Positions 35,696 through 47,926 of a stretch of DNA of 64,000 nucleotides are shown here, one piece after another. Below the pieces are notes generated by a model. It searched no databases. It was not told where the DNA came from and saw only the letters and a list, made by a program, of their open reading frames with translations. The position numbers were made by a program, and so were the translations under genes. Where the stretch lies: contig NC_057754.1 in assembly GCF_004010195.1 (NCBI RefSeq), positions 7,912,747 through 7,976,746 of the forward strand, read 5' to 3'. Source of the stretch: Chiloscyllium plagiosum (taxonomy: Eukaryota). Positions within the stretch are counted from its first letter, which is position 1. Every line of letters begins with the position of its first letter.

Positions 35696-37239
35696 TGAAC
35701 AGAACAGGAGTCAGAAATTTTGCTCAACTTAGATTCTGTAAATTCTGTATGCCCAATATTTAATAACAGGAGTAGTTTGCCAATCCCAGGAATGGGAGTA
35801 CGATGTATTGCCAACTTTGAGCCCACACTGAGTTAGAGGATTAGCCATGGTCATAATGAATGGCGGAACAGGCTCGAAGGGGCAAATGGCCTACTTGTAT
35901 TTTCTTTGTTTCCGTGTTGAATCCTGAGTACGGTATTTTCAGGGAAGGAGGAGATGGAGCAAGGGAAGAAGATTAGTATAGAAGGGAAAATTGGAATTGC
36001 ACAGAGGAGAGACAGCTGGTCCTCAACATATGACAGAATCTCCCAGTGAGGATAACTCAAGCCGGTTGTGAATTTAGTTGCGTAGAGACCCATCCCAGCT
36101 AATCAGTCATACAGGCCTGGCATTTAGCTCATTTTTCTTCATTTATTGATAGAAATTGTCAAAAAAAAAAACCCAAGCCTGGATGACTGGGGTCATGTCT
36201 GGCTCCATTGTGCTTTTCAGTCTCCGTGTCCCTGGATCAAGCTTGACCCTGTCTATTGATCAAATTGCAAAGCGCTGCCACAGCTAAAAATGGAATAATT
36301 GGATTAACCTTTCTGAGAGCTTCATCTCTACTTGGTGATTGATGTAATGGAGTATTCAGAGGCTGTTCATAACTTCCCAAACTCGGGAGGCAAGGATTCG
36401 GACTGACACTTTGTTAGAGGTTTAAACTTTAATGTATTATTCAGTAACGCTCTGTTCTTAATCTTTGTGTATTTTACCAGTTATTTTGTTCTTGCAACAT
36501 TTCTCCTTGCTGTTCTTTTGTTCAATTAGATCTCTGTCTGTAGTACAGTTTTCTCGGTTGATCCTTCTCACAAACTTGCTATGATACGATGGGCAGAATG
36601 TCCTGTTTCTGAGCAGTAACCTTTCTAGGATGGGGATATCTGTTGATGCTGTGAATTTATTTTTCATGCTTACCAAAATGGTATTCATCCTTCGGCTTTC
36701 AATTCTGACGCGGTGTACGTAAAAGCCGGAAATCAGCACTGGCTTTCTTTCCCATACTTCCTGTCTGTTGGCCAGCGTTTGGAGTGTTTGTAATATTTGC
36801 AGCTGCTGACTGGGCAGAATCGTCCTGGCACGGCGCCTTGATGGAAAACTCCTAACCTCGGTGGCCTCATTCTGTGTAATTTCCTCTCCTGAAGAAGTGA
36901 GACCTGCTCAGATTCTGCCTGTCCTATGGTCTCTCCTTCCCTCTCAATTCCCTGCAATGCCTAGGTACCCAGAGCCTAGTCACTTGGCTAGACGTCCCTC
37001 CCTGAACTGGAGGCATTGCCTCTTCCCCTTTTCTCCTTGGCATTGCTTGCTCGCGACCTTTGACCCACATTCTTTTCTTTCATTGCTTGACTTTGTCCTC
37101 TGACTTGGTGTCAGAATTTACTTGCACACGTTGCTGTGGAGCACCTAGGGCCGTTTTGCTACGTGCAACCCAAGTGGAAGCTTCTGCTGCTGTTTCAGCA
37201 TGCATTGAGTGAACCAAAACGTGGCACTGTCGTCATATG

Positions 37240-37985
37240 GAGTCATTGAGTCATTCAGCATCGAAACCCACCCTTCGGTCTAACCAGTCCATGCCAACCA
37301 TTATCCCGGACTTAACTCGTCACACCTGCCTATACTTGGCCAATGCCCCCTCCAAACATTTTGTATTCATGTACTAACCTAACTGTCAAATGTTGTAACT
37401 GTGCCCGCATTCCCCACTTCCTCTGGAAGTTCATTCCACACTTAAACCCCTCTCTGTGTAAAAGCATTGCCCCAATGTCATTTTTAAATCTTGCTCCTCT
37501 CATGTTGAAAATATTGCCCCTAGTCTTGAAATCGCCCACGCGAGGGAAAAGACAGCTGCCATTCATCTTATCTATGCCCCTCATGATTTTATAAACCTCT
37601 GTAAGGTCACCCCTCAACCTCCTAGGCTCCAGTGAAAAATGTTCTAGCCTATCCACCCCTCCTTATATCTCAAACCCTCCATTCCCGGCAACATCCTGTT
37701 AAATCTGTTCTGAACCCTCTCAAGCTTCCTATAACAGGGCCACCAGCAGTGGACTCAGTACTCCAGAAGAGGCCCTCACCAGTGCACTGTACAACCTCAA
37801 CATAGTGTCTCAACGACTCTCCTCAAAGGTCAGAGCAGTGAAGGCAAGTGTGCTAAAAGCCTTCTTAACCACCCTGTCCATATGTGACACAAACGTCAGA
37901 GAAATATGGACCTGAGCCCTTCGGTCTCTCAGTCCCACAACACTACTCTACTTTTAATTGTATACATCCTACCCTTGTTTTTTTG
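37240..37985 (-). mobile_element. CR1/HER1-like LINE 3' fragment
   Basis: FSLEPRRLRGDLTEVYKIMRGIDK. Confidence 0.87.
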
Positions 37986-38334
37986 ACCTTCAGATTTAAG
38001 ATAACCCAGTGTCTCCGTGCTTTGGGAGCAGTAATTGGCTTGGCAACGATGTGTGCCTCTGGCTTGGTGCAACGTCCATTCGGACATGGGATTGGGAGCC
38101 AAGCAGAAGAAAAGAACAGATGTAGTTTTGCCCTGAGGGGTTGACCTCTCCACCTGAGCCTGCTGTTTGCATTCCTTTTTGTACACAGCGATGAAGCTCA
38201 TGTACGAAATCAGAGACACTGGATTGTTACCATTGCATAACTTGGATCCCTCTGAAGAGTGCTGAATCCAGCTGGGAGATTATTGTCAATTAGTTTTGAA
38301 GTCCTGGTCATGATGGCAGCCTTGGTTGGGTGGG

Positions 38335-39345
38335 CTTCAACAAGGGCACTTGCAATGCTTGCCTTGATTAGTTCGAGCATAGAGTTGAAGAGCAGGGAGG
38401 TTATGCTGGAACTCTGTCAAACATTGGTTAGACCACGGCTAGAGTATCATGCACAGTTCTGGGATCCACAGTATTGGAGGGATGGGACAGTATTGGAGAG
38501 GACATTTCCCGGGATGTTGCCTGAACTGAAGGATTCCAGGTATGAAGAGAGAGTGGACAGACCGGAGTGTTTCACTTGGAGCAGAAGAGGGTGAGTGGGG
38601 ATATGTTTGAGACGTGTAAAGTTATGAAGAGGATACAGAAAGTAGACAGGAAGACGCTTCTCTTTGGTGCAAGAGTCAGGGACCAGGGGGTATCAACTTA
38701 AGGTAAGGGGCAGGAGGTTTTAGAAGGATAAGACTCAGAGTCATCCAGCATGGATGGATGACTCTGAGTCTAATCCTTCTAAAACCTCGGATGGATGACT
38801 CTTGGTCTAGCCAGTCCACACCATCTATGTTCCCAAACTAAACTCGTCCCGCCTGCCTGTGCTTGGCCCATATCCCTCCAAACATTTCCTACTCTTGAAC
38901 TTATCTAAATGGTTTTTTTTAAACTTTACAGCTGTACCTGCGTCCACCACATTCTGTGGCAGTTCATTCCAGACACGAACCAGTCTGCGTAAAAAGATTG
39001 TCCCTCATGACTTTTTAAAATTCTCTTCCTCTCAGCTTAAAAGTAGGTCCCCTAGTCTTGAAATTCCCCACCTTCAGGAAAAGACCCTTGTTGTCAACCT
39101 TATCTATGCCCCTCAAGATTTTATAAACCTCAGTAATATCTCCCCTCAACTTCTTATGCTGCAGTGAAATAAATGTCACAGTCTTTCCTAGTCTATTTTT
39201 ATATCTAAAAGCTTCTAGTCCCAGCTAACCCTGGTAAATCTTTTCTGAAGCGTCTTTAATTTAATAATATCCTTCCTATAGCAAGGCGACCAGAACTGAA
39301 CACAGTATTTCTCCAGACGAGGCCTCACCAACGTCCTGTACAACC
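38335..39345. mobile_element. Two tail-to-tail CR1-like fragments (+ strand 38335-38730, - strand 38735-39345)
   Basis: IELKSREVMLELCQTLVRPRLEY on the + strand, followed by a reverse-oriented HER1-like 3' end. Confidence 0.8.
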
Positions 39346-39424
39346 TCAGTTCTCTGTCTGTTGGTGTCTTTCTCTGTCTCTGTATCCATCCTTCCTGTTT
39401 CTATCATTCTGTCTTTTTCTGTCC

Positions 39425-39565
39425 AGGAGAAAGTGAGGACTGCAGATGCTGGAGATCAGAGTCGAGAGTGTGGTGCTGGGAAAGCACAGCAGGGTCAGGC
39501 AGCATCCGAGGGGCAGGAGAATCGATGTTTCGGGCATAAACATTATGCCCAACACGTCGATTCTC
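39425..39565 (-). mobile_element. Short PLE element, family A, with small 5' inversion and 16-bp TSD
   Basis: TSD ctgtctttttctgtcc at 39409-39424 and 39566-39581. Inverted gagaatcgatgtttcgggcataa / ttatgcccaacacgtcgattctc. Confidence 0.87.
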
Positions 39566-40509
39566 CTGTCTTTTTCTGTCCCTCAGTTTTCTCTTTTTCT
39601 CTCCATGCTCACTCTGTCTTTCTCAACTTACTGCAGTTGTCTTTCTTTTTAAGTTCCTTCTCAGCCCATCTTCCTTTCTCATTTCTCTCCACTTCTTTTG
39701 ACTCTTTTTTTTTTCTCCTTGCAGGCATTTTTCATTTCTGTTTTTCATTTCTTACATTCCCTCCCCATTTCCCTTCTCCCCCACTCTCTTATTTTGCCTC
39801 TTTTCTGTCTTCAGTTAGCGATGTTCCAGCTGCTTGGACTCATCTGTCGCCTGCCTCTTTAGATCTGAGTCAGTGCTGTTTTATATCGAGCCAGCTGACA
39901 AGGAAATGTTACAGGGTTACGTTTCGAGGAAACCCAATAATTACAAGGTTTACAGTGCTTGGAATTGTGATCTTAAAGGGTAGTATTCTGGGATTTTAGG
40001 AGCAAATTCTGGGATTTGACCAATTGTATTTCTAAACTGTGAAGTAGCAGTTTTTCTTATTATTGTTTCTTCACCCACGTACTGCTTTGTAAAATCCTCA
40101 TGTCAGCAGAAAGGTGGCTTTGTGGAATGGGTCCAGTGGGACTGAGCAATGAAGTGTTCTGGCAGATTGGAGACGGCTTCCTGGAGTGTTCCAGCATTGG
40201 GAATGGGTCTCCCGACATGTGAAGGGTGTCCTGGGTTTGGAAACGGGGAATGGGTTATCGAAGACCACAAAGAGATCTTGATCAATTGGGTCAGTGGGCT
40301 GAGAAGTGGCAGATAGAGCTTTAAGATCATAAGAAATACGAGTGGAAGTAAGGCCACTCGGCCCATCGAGTCCACTCCGCCATTCAATCATGGCTGATGG
40401 GCATTTCAATGCCACTTACCCGCACTCTCCCCATATCCCTTAATTCCTTGCAAGATTAAGAATTTATCAATCTAGATTAAGAATTTATCAATCAATTTTA
40501 CTTTGATAA

Positions 40510-42840
40510 ATGTGAGGTTTCGCAGTTTGGTAAGACAAACCAGGGCAGGACTTAGACAGTTAATGATAGGGCCCACGGGAGTGTTGTTGAACAGAGGGAC
40601 CAAGGGGTGCAGGTTCATAGTTCCTTGAAAGTGGAATCGCAGGAGGACAGGGTGGTGAGGAAAGCGCTTGGCACGCTTGCCAACATTGATCAGAGCATTG
40701 AGTATAAGAGTTGGGGTATCATTTGCAGCTGTACAGGACATCGGTGGAGCCTCTTTGGAATACTGCGTTCACTTCTGGCCTTCCTGCTATTGGAAGGATA
40801 CTGTTAAACTTGAAAAGATTAACAAGGATTTTGCTGAGACTGGAGGGATTGAGTTGTAAGGAACGGCTGGATAGCCAGGGACTTCTTTCCCTGGAGCGTC
40901 AGAGGCTAAGGGGTGACCTTATGGAGGTTATAAAATCATGAGGGGCCCTGAGATTCACTTGGAGGTTGAGGGGTTGGGGGTGAGGGGTCCTGGACATGAA
41001 CAGTACTGGATGGAGGGTGGTTTCATGATTTATGGCAAGTGGGTGTACTGAATGAGCAGTCTTGCCCTTAGAGATTTCAGTCCAAGGCGCATTGTGCACA
41101 TCCCTGGGATTTTGTTTGCCTTGGTTCTCCTGGATGCACCGTTGGCACGTAGAGGTGTTGGAGGGAGAGGGGGAGTATACATGAGTCTGACAGCATTGGG
41201 TGGAAGGGAACCTGAAGTCTCACTGAGCTGCATTGAAAGGGGAGATGGTGCTGCATGGCAGATGAAGTTTAATGTGGGGTGGCATGGTGGCTCAGTGGAT
41301 GATACCACTGCCTCACAACGCCAGGGATCCAAGTTCAATTCCAGCCTCGGGTGACTGTCTGTGTGGCGTGTGCACATTCACCCCGTGTTTCCTTTGGGTG
41401 CTCCGGTTTCCTCGGACAGTCCAAAGATGTGGAGGTTAGCTGGATTGGCCATGCTAAATGCACGGTTACAGAGATAGAGTAGGGGGGGTGGGTCTCGGTG
41501 GGATGCTTTTCAGAGGGTTGGTGTGCACTCGGTGGGCTGAATGGCCTGCTTCCACACTGTAGGGATTCTGTGTGAGGTGATCCATGTTGGCAGCAAAAGT
41601 GAAAAGGCAGATTATTATCTGAATGGCAATAGATTGGGAAAGGAGAAGGTGCAGCGAGACCTTAGTGTTCTTGTACATCAGCTGCTGAAAGTGAGCATTA
41701 AAGGTGCAGCAGGCAGTGAACAAGGAAAATGGTACATTGGCCTTCACTGTGAGAGGATTGGAGTACAGGAGCAGGGATGTCTTGCACTGATTGACTTGGT
41801 GAGACCACATGTGGAGTATTGTGTACAGTTTTGGTCTCCGTATCTGAGGAAGTATGTTCTGGCGGTGGAGGGAGTGCAGGGAAGGTTAACCAGACTGATC
41901 CCCGGGATGGCAGGACTGAAGCATGACGAGAGTGGATTATATTCACTGGAGTTTAAAGAATGTGTTGGGAGGGGGGAGGAGGTTTCCTACAAATCTATTA
42001 ACTTCTAACAGGATTAGACAGGGTAAATACAGAAAGGATATTCCCAAAGACCTGGGGATTCCAGAACCAGGGACTCACAGTCCAAGGACTATTACTTGAA
42101 TGGTAAGAAATTGCAGCACACAGCTGTGCAGAGGGATCTGGGTGTCCTTGTGCATGAGTCACAGAAAGTTGGTTTGCAGGTGCAATGGGTAATTAGCAAG
42201 GCAAATGGAATTTTGTCCTTCATTGCGAAAAGGATTGAGTTTTAAAAACAGGGAGGTTATGTTGCAGCTGTATAGGGTGCTGGTGAGGCCACACCTGGAG
42301 TACTGTGTGTAGTTTTGGTCTCTTTACTTGAGAAAGGATGTCCTGGCACTGGAGGGGGTGCAGAGGAGGTTCATTAGGTTGGTTCTGGAGTTGGGGGGGG
42401 GGGGTGTCGGCTTCTGGGGAGAGACTGAGTCAACTGGGATTATATTCATTGGACTTCAGAAGGATGAGGGGGGGATCTTTCAGAAATATGTACAACTATG
42501 AAGGGAATAGATAAGATGGATGTTGAGAGGATGTTTCCACTGGAGGGTGGAGCTAGGACAAGAGGGCACAGCCTCAAGATTAGAGGGACCAGATTTCAAA
42601 CTGGATTGAGAAGGGACTCCTTCACCCAGAGGGTTGTAAATCTATGGAATTCCCTGCCCAGTGAAGTAGTTGAGGCTACTTCAGTAAATGTTTTTTGAGC
42701 TAAGATAATTTTTTGAACAGTAAAGGATTGAAGGGTTATAGTGAGAGGGTGGGTAAATGGAGCTGAGGCCACAATACAATCAACCATGGTCTTATTGAAT
42801 GGCAATGCAGGCTCGAAGGGTCAGGCGGCGTACTCCTCCT
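40510..42840 (+). mobile_element. Series of CR1-like LINE fragments with nested SINE (41277-41570)
   Basis: DLVRPHVEYCVQFWSPYLRK and TRGHSLKIRG...FTQRVVNLWNSLP. Confidence 0.82.
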
Positions 42841-43975
42841 GGTTTTTAGGAATTCGGGGCAGGCCTTGAGGAGATATGTTTTCACGGAGACAGCAGTGGA
42901 CCTGTGGGATTCTCTGCTGAGAAAGCAGCTGAGGCCAAAACATTGAATGTTTTCAAGAAGGGGTTAGGTCAGGTTCTTGGGGCTGAAGGGGTCAAAAGGT
43001 AAGAGGGAGAAAACCAGGGCAGGATTGGATAATCATATTGAATGGTGGAGATGGCCGGAAGGGCCGAATGGCCTATTCCTACTTCCTGTGATCATAGAAT
43101 CCCTATAGCATAGTTAGGGGCCATATAGCCTATGGATTCTGCCGTTTCTATGTAATGTTAATCAGCATCAACTCAGAACATAGGAGTGAAGCTAATGTTC
43201 TGGGTTCGAATCAAATGAGTTGATAAAAAATCTGGGATTAAAAAAAGAAGCTAGCCTCATGGCGAATGTCAGTCATTGTAAAGACCAGTCTAGTTTATTA
43301 TTCTTTCGGAAAGGAAATCTGATCCGGTCTGCATGTGACTCCAGATCCACAACAATGTAGCTGACTGTTAATTAAAGGTAGGTGATAAAAGCTGGTTCAG
43401 TCAGTGATCCCTAGGAACCAAAGAGAAAAAAAAAACACCTATGGAGAACTTGCCAGGGACAGCTCATTAAGTGTAATTTGATTGAAAGAAAAAGTAATAC
43501 TGTTAAATTAGATAAATAATTACCTCGGCTGCATATTTAACTATGCTGATATTAATTATGCACTGGGGGCTGAAGGATCCATTCTCTGTAAGTAAACACA
43601 TCACAGTTATAATAAGCAAATTAGATGAACAAAATCATAGACTACATGTTGAACAAATTACTTAACAAAGGGTTTGAACAGCCCAAGTTCTGGCAGCGTT
43701 GTACAGTGGGTGGAGCAGGACTTTAAGATTCTAGCTCTGGAGATATTGTTGACTGTACATTGAAAATAATCCTGAAGCGCTGTTTGGATCGAAGCCTTTT
43801 TTTGTTAACTGCACTCAGCCATCAGACGAGTGGGATTTGCAGACAGAAGAAGCTAGCTTTTCCAGTATTGATTGAACGCAAGGAAAATTAGAGATCTTTA
43901 AAGATACTTGGAACCCAAGATATGAAGGGACAGAAGCCAACTGGGAAATAGCAAGGTGCTTGTATATCTTTTATC

Positions 43976-44173
43976 CAATATCCGAGGAGCAGGAAATTCG
44001 ACGTTTTGGGCAAAAAGCCCTTCATCAGGAATACAGCCTCTCTTCCTGATGAAGGGCTTTTGCCCGAAACATCGATTTTCCTGCTCCTCGGATGCTGCCT
44101 GGCCTGCTGTGCTTTTCCAGCACCACTCTAACCTAGAGTCTGGTTTCCAGCGTCTGTAGTTCTTGTTTTTACC
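43976..44173. mobile_element. Fold-back PLE element, family A, with two back-to-back HHR motifs and 11-bp TSD
   Basis: Minus-strand motif ~43998-44028, plus-strand motif CTGATGA 44046-44052 to GAAACATC 44073. TSD tatcttttatc at 43965-43975 and 44174-44184. Confidence 0.9.
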
Positions 44174-44207
44174 TATCTTTTATCAAGCCAGGAGACGATA
44201 GGTCTAG

Positions 44208-44752
44208 TTATAGAGTCATAAGGATGTATAGCACGGAAACAGACCCTTTGGTCCAATCCATCCATGCCGACCAGATATCCCAACCCAATCTAGTCCCACC
44301 TGCCAGCGCCTTGACAATTCCCTCCAAACCCTTCCTATTCATATGTCCATCCAGATGCATCTTAAATGTTGCAATTGTACCAGCCTCCACCACTTCCTCT
44401 GGCAGCTCATTCCATACACATACTACCCTCTGTGTGAAAAAGTTGCCCCTTAGGTCCCTTTTATATCTTTCCCCTCTCACCCTAAACCTATACCCTCTAG
44501 TTCTGGACTCCCCCACCCCAGGGAATAGATTTTGTCTATTTACCCTATCCATGCCCCTCATAATTTTGTAAACCTCTATAAGGTCACCCCTCAGCCTCCG
44601 ACGCTCCAGGGAAAACAGCCCCAGCCTGTTCAGCCTCTCCCTGTAGCTCAAACCCTCCAACCCTGGCAACATCCTTGTAAATCATTTCTGAACCTTTCAA
44701 GTTTCACACCACCCTTCCGATAGGAAGGAGACCAGAATTGCACGCAATATTC
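44208..44752 (-). mobile_element. Young CR1/HER1-like LINE 3' end
   Basis: Open 154-aa frame MLPGLEGLSYRERLNRLGLFSLERRRLRGDLIEVYKIMRG...WNELPEEVVEAG. Confidence 0.93.
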
Positions 44753-46489
44753 CTCTTAGGACTTAAGGGATCAAAAGATACGGAGATAAGGCAGCAAACA
44801 GGATACTGAGTTGGAAAATCAGCCATTGATGCTGCAGTAGATGAGAGGCTGAATGGCTGACTCCTGCTCCTGTTTTCCATGTGTCTAAACCAGTCACTCA
44901 GACTGACACAAGCAAAGGTTACAACAAGACAAAATGCTTCCAGCGTCTCCGAAACAAAATTGCCGGTGAAAAGCCAAAAGCACTCAGCGGATCAAGCTAT
45001 GCCAAGAGAGATGGAGATGAGATTTGGGATTTAGGATGGAAACCCCTGGACCCGAATTCTGCCATGGGCAAGGCAGAGATGCATTCCACAATCGGACGAT
45101 AGCCGTTCGGATTTGTGGAAACACACTGGTGAGCCGAGAGGAGGATGGACCGAGTGAGCCTTCACCTCTGCATCTACCCAGAGTGCACTGTGGTCAGTCA
45201 GAGTCCAGGTTGGGACCCCCGTCGCACTCACCGTGCAGTAAATAGCAGGAAGGCAACCGGTTTGCGCACAGGAAGCTCCCATCGAGGTGGGGTGGGGTTG
45301 GGAGGGGGTGGCGAATGACCAGATATTCTGCTCTTTGACAGAGCTATCCAGTTGTTCCCAGCTCCCCGCTCTTTCTATAACCCCTGCTCCTTCTGTAAAG
45401 CCTTGGAATTTTCTACTGTCACGTATTTATCAAATTCCCTTTTATAATGCAATGAATCAATGTGCTTCCACCACCCTGTCAGATAGTACACTACAAATCC
45501 TAACAGCCTTCTGCATAAAGATTTTATTCCCCTCATCTTCCCCGTACCTTTACTCCATGTCCTTTTGCTTATGAACCTCTCCTGCCAGTGGAAAGTCGTC
45601 TATCCTTATTTTACTTCGCAAAACCCCTGCAAGGTTTGGAATGCACCGTTCAGATCCACTCCTCAATTGTCCTTGGTTTCAGGGACACCACAGCACCTTC
45701 TCCAGTTTCTCCACACAGTGGAAGCCCTCGTTCCCAGTACCGTTCTCACGGATCACATCTGCATGACCTTGATATTCCTCTGAAAGTGTAACACTCAAAA
45801 CCTGGCCACAGTTCTCCAACTGGGGCCATTTCATTTATCTCTTTCATGCGACGTAGGTGTCACTGGGCAAGTATTGCCAGTTCCTAATTGCCCCTTGAAT
45901 CGGAGTAGCTTGCTCAACCATTTCAGAAGGCACTTAGGAGTCAGCCCTGTCACTCTGTGCCGAGAGTCACATCTCTCCCTTTCCCCCTCCTTATATCTCT
46001 CTCTCTCTCTGTTTCTGCTTTGACATTAATTTTGCCCTCGCTAATGTCCGCGTTCTTCTCACATAAACGCAGAATATAAGAGCAGTGGTAGGCCATTCAG
46101 CCCTTCAGGCCTGCTCCACCATTAAACATCATTAAGCCAGATCTTCCAACTGAGTCCCCTGTTCCTGCTTTCTCCCACATACCCTCTGATCCCTTTAACT
46201 CTTAGAAGTCATCTCCACCTCCTTCTTGAAATCATACAGTTTTTTGTCCTCAAATGCTTTCTGTGGTAGAGAATTCCACAGATTCACCACTCTCTGGGCA
46301 AAGACATTTTTCCTCATTGTCAGTCCTAAACCTCGTATCCTTAAATTTGTTCTGAACTTCCCAGGCCATTGGGAACATCCTTCTATGTTCAACCTGTTAG
46401 AATATTCTAGGTTTCCCAGAGATCCTCCACCCACCCAGACACCACCCAACACCCCTGAACTCATTCTTCTGAACTGCAGCAAATATAAT

Positions 46490-47070
46490 GGTCAGCATGG
46501 TGGCTCAGTGGTTAGCACTGCTGGCTCACAGCGACAGGGTCCTGGGTTCAATTCCCCCCTCGGGCGACTGTCTGTGTGGAGTTTGCGCATTCTCCTCATG
46601 ACTGCATGGGTTTCCTCCCACAGTCCAAAGATGTGCAGGTTAGGATGGATTGGCCATGCTAAATTGTCCCATAGTGCCCAGGGGTGTGCAGGTTAGGGTG
46701 GATTGGCCGTGCTAAATTGTCCCATAGCGCCCAGGGATGTGCAGGTTATGGTGGATTGGCCATGCTAAATTGTTCATAGTGCCAAGGGATGTGCAGGATA
46801 GGGTGGATTGGCCATGCTAAATTGCCCCATAGTGCCCAGGGATGTGCAGGATAGGGTGGATTGGCCGTGCTAAACTGTCCCATAGCGCCCAGGGATGTGC
46901 AGGATAGGGTGGATTGGCCGTGCTAAATTGTCCATAGTGCCCAGGGATGTGCAGGCTAGGTGGATTAGCCGTGGGAAATGGAGGGATAGGGTAAGGGTCC
47001 GTGGTCTGAGAGTCAATGTGGACTCGATGGGCCAATGGCTTGATTCCACACTGCAAGGATTCTGTGATTC
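46490..47070 (+). mobile_element. SINE with about 6.5 copies of the 53-bp unit
   Basis: Head at ~46495, array ~46630-46975. Confidence 0.9.
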
Positions 47071-47926
47071 TCTGATAATCCGAACCGATTCAAGCTCTCT
47101 CTGTACAGGAGATTCTCAGTTACCTGCCCCCTGTTGATGCCAGTTCCCCAGATGTCCCAATCTGCTGTCTCAGAAACTTGGTAACTATTCAAATTTAAGG
47201 ATGCACGCACAAACCTATAAATAATGGCAGGCAGCCTTAATGCAGTCAGCTACATCCTGTGTACTGAATAGCAATGAGTTCAGCAAAGCCTGACCTAGCG
47301 TCACACACTGACTCAGAACATCTCATTTTCAGGGATGGGCAGTACATGCTGGCCAAACGAGTGACGTTCATGTCCCGTGAGTGAATTGAAAAAAAAGGAT
47401 AAAAATTTGGGTAAAGCCCTGTGCTCTTTTTTTCAACAGGATTTAATACAGTTTTAATGGAACCTTCTTGTATGACAACTTTGAATTCTTGTAGATGAGA
47501 GTGAAATGATTGCTGTTTTAATACATGAATAATTGTTACAGACATTTCTGTATTTTACTGATAAAGTGCACCCTCAGTGAGGTGAATAAAGCTACAGGAC
47601 TATTCTCATTTCTTCATTATCTATAATTTCAAAAAAAAAACAAATTCCATTAACATTATCATTGCAGTTGGAACATTATTAGATACAATGTTTGAATTTC
47701 AGTCTGAAAGATATTTACAGTTATCACTCAAGTCCGTTCATTCTTCCAAGACCTCGGGAGGTTTAACAGTAATTGGAGTTTGCTTTAATATCCAACAGTT
47801 GCAAGAGCCTTTTAATTTCTGGGCTGTTTGGATCTCTTGGTAAAAGAGACAAAAATAGCAAGTGTGTTCTTAAAGGCTTCTCTCTCAACTCCACATTGAG
47901 AAAAAATTGGATGTAGAACATGGTTT

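Noticed and set aside
36458..36780. 93-aa minus-strand ORF in unique-looking sequence
   Set aside because: No recognisable domain or splice pattern. It may be an old repeat relic but I cannot support a call.
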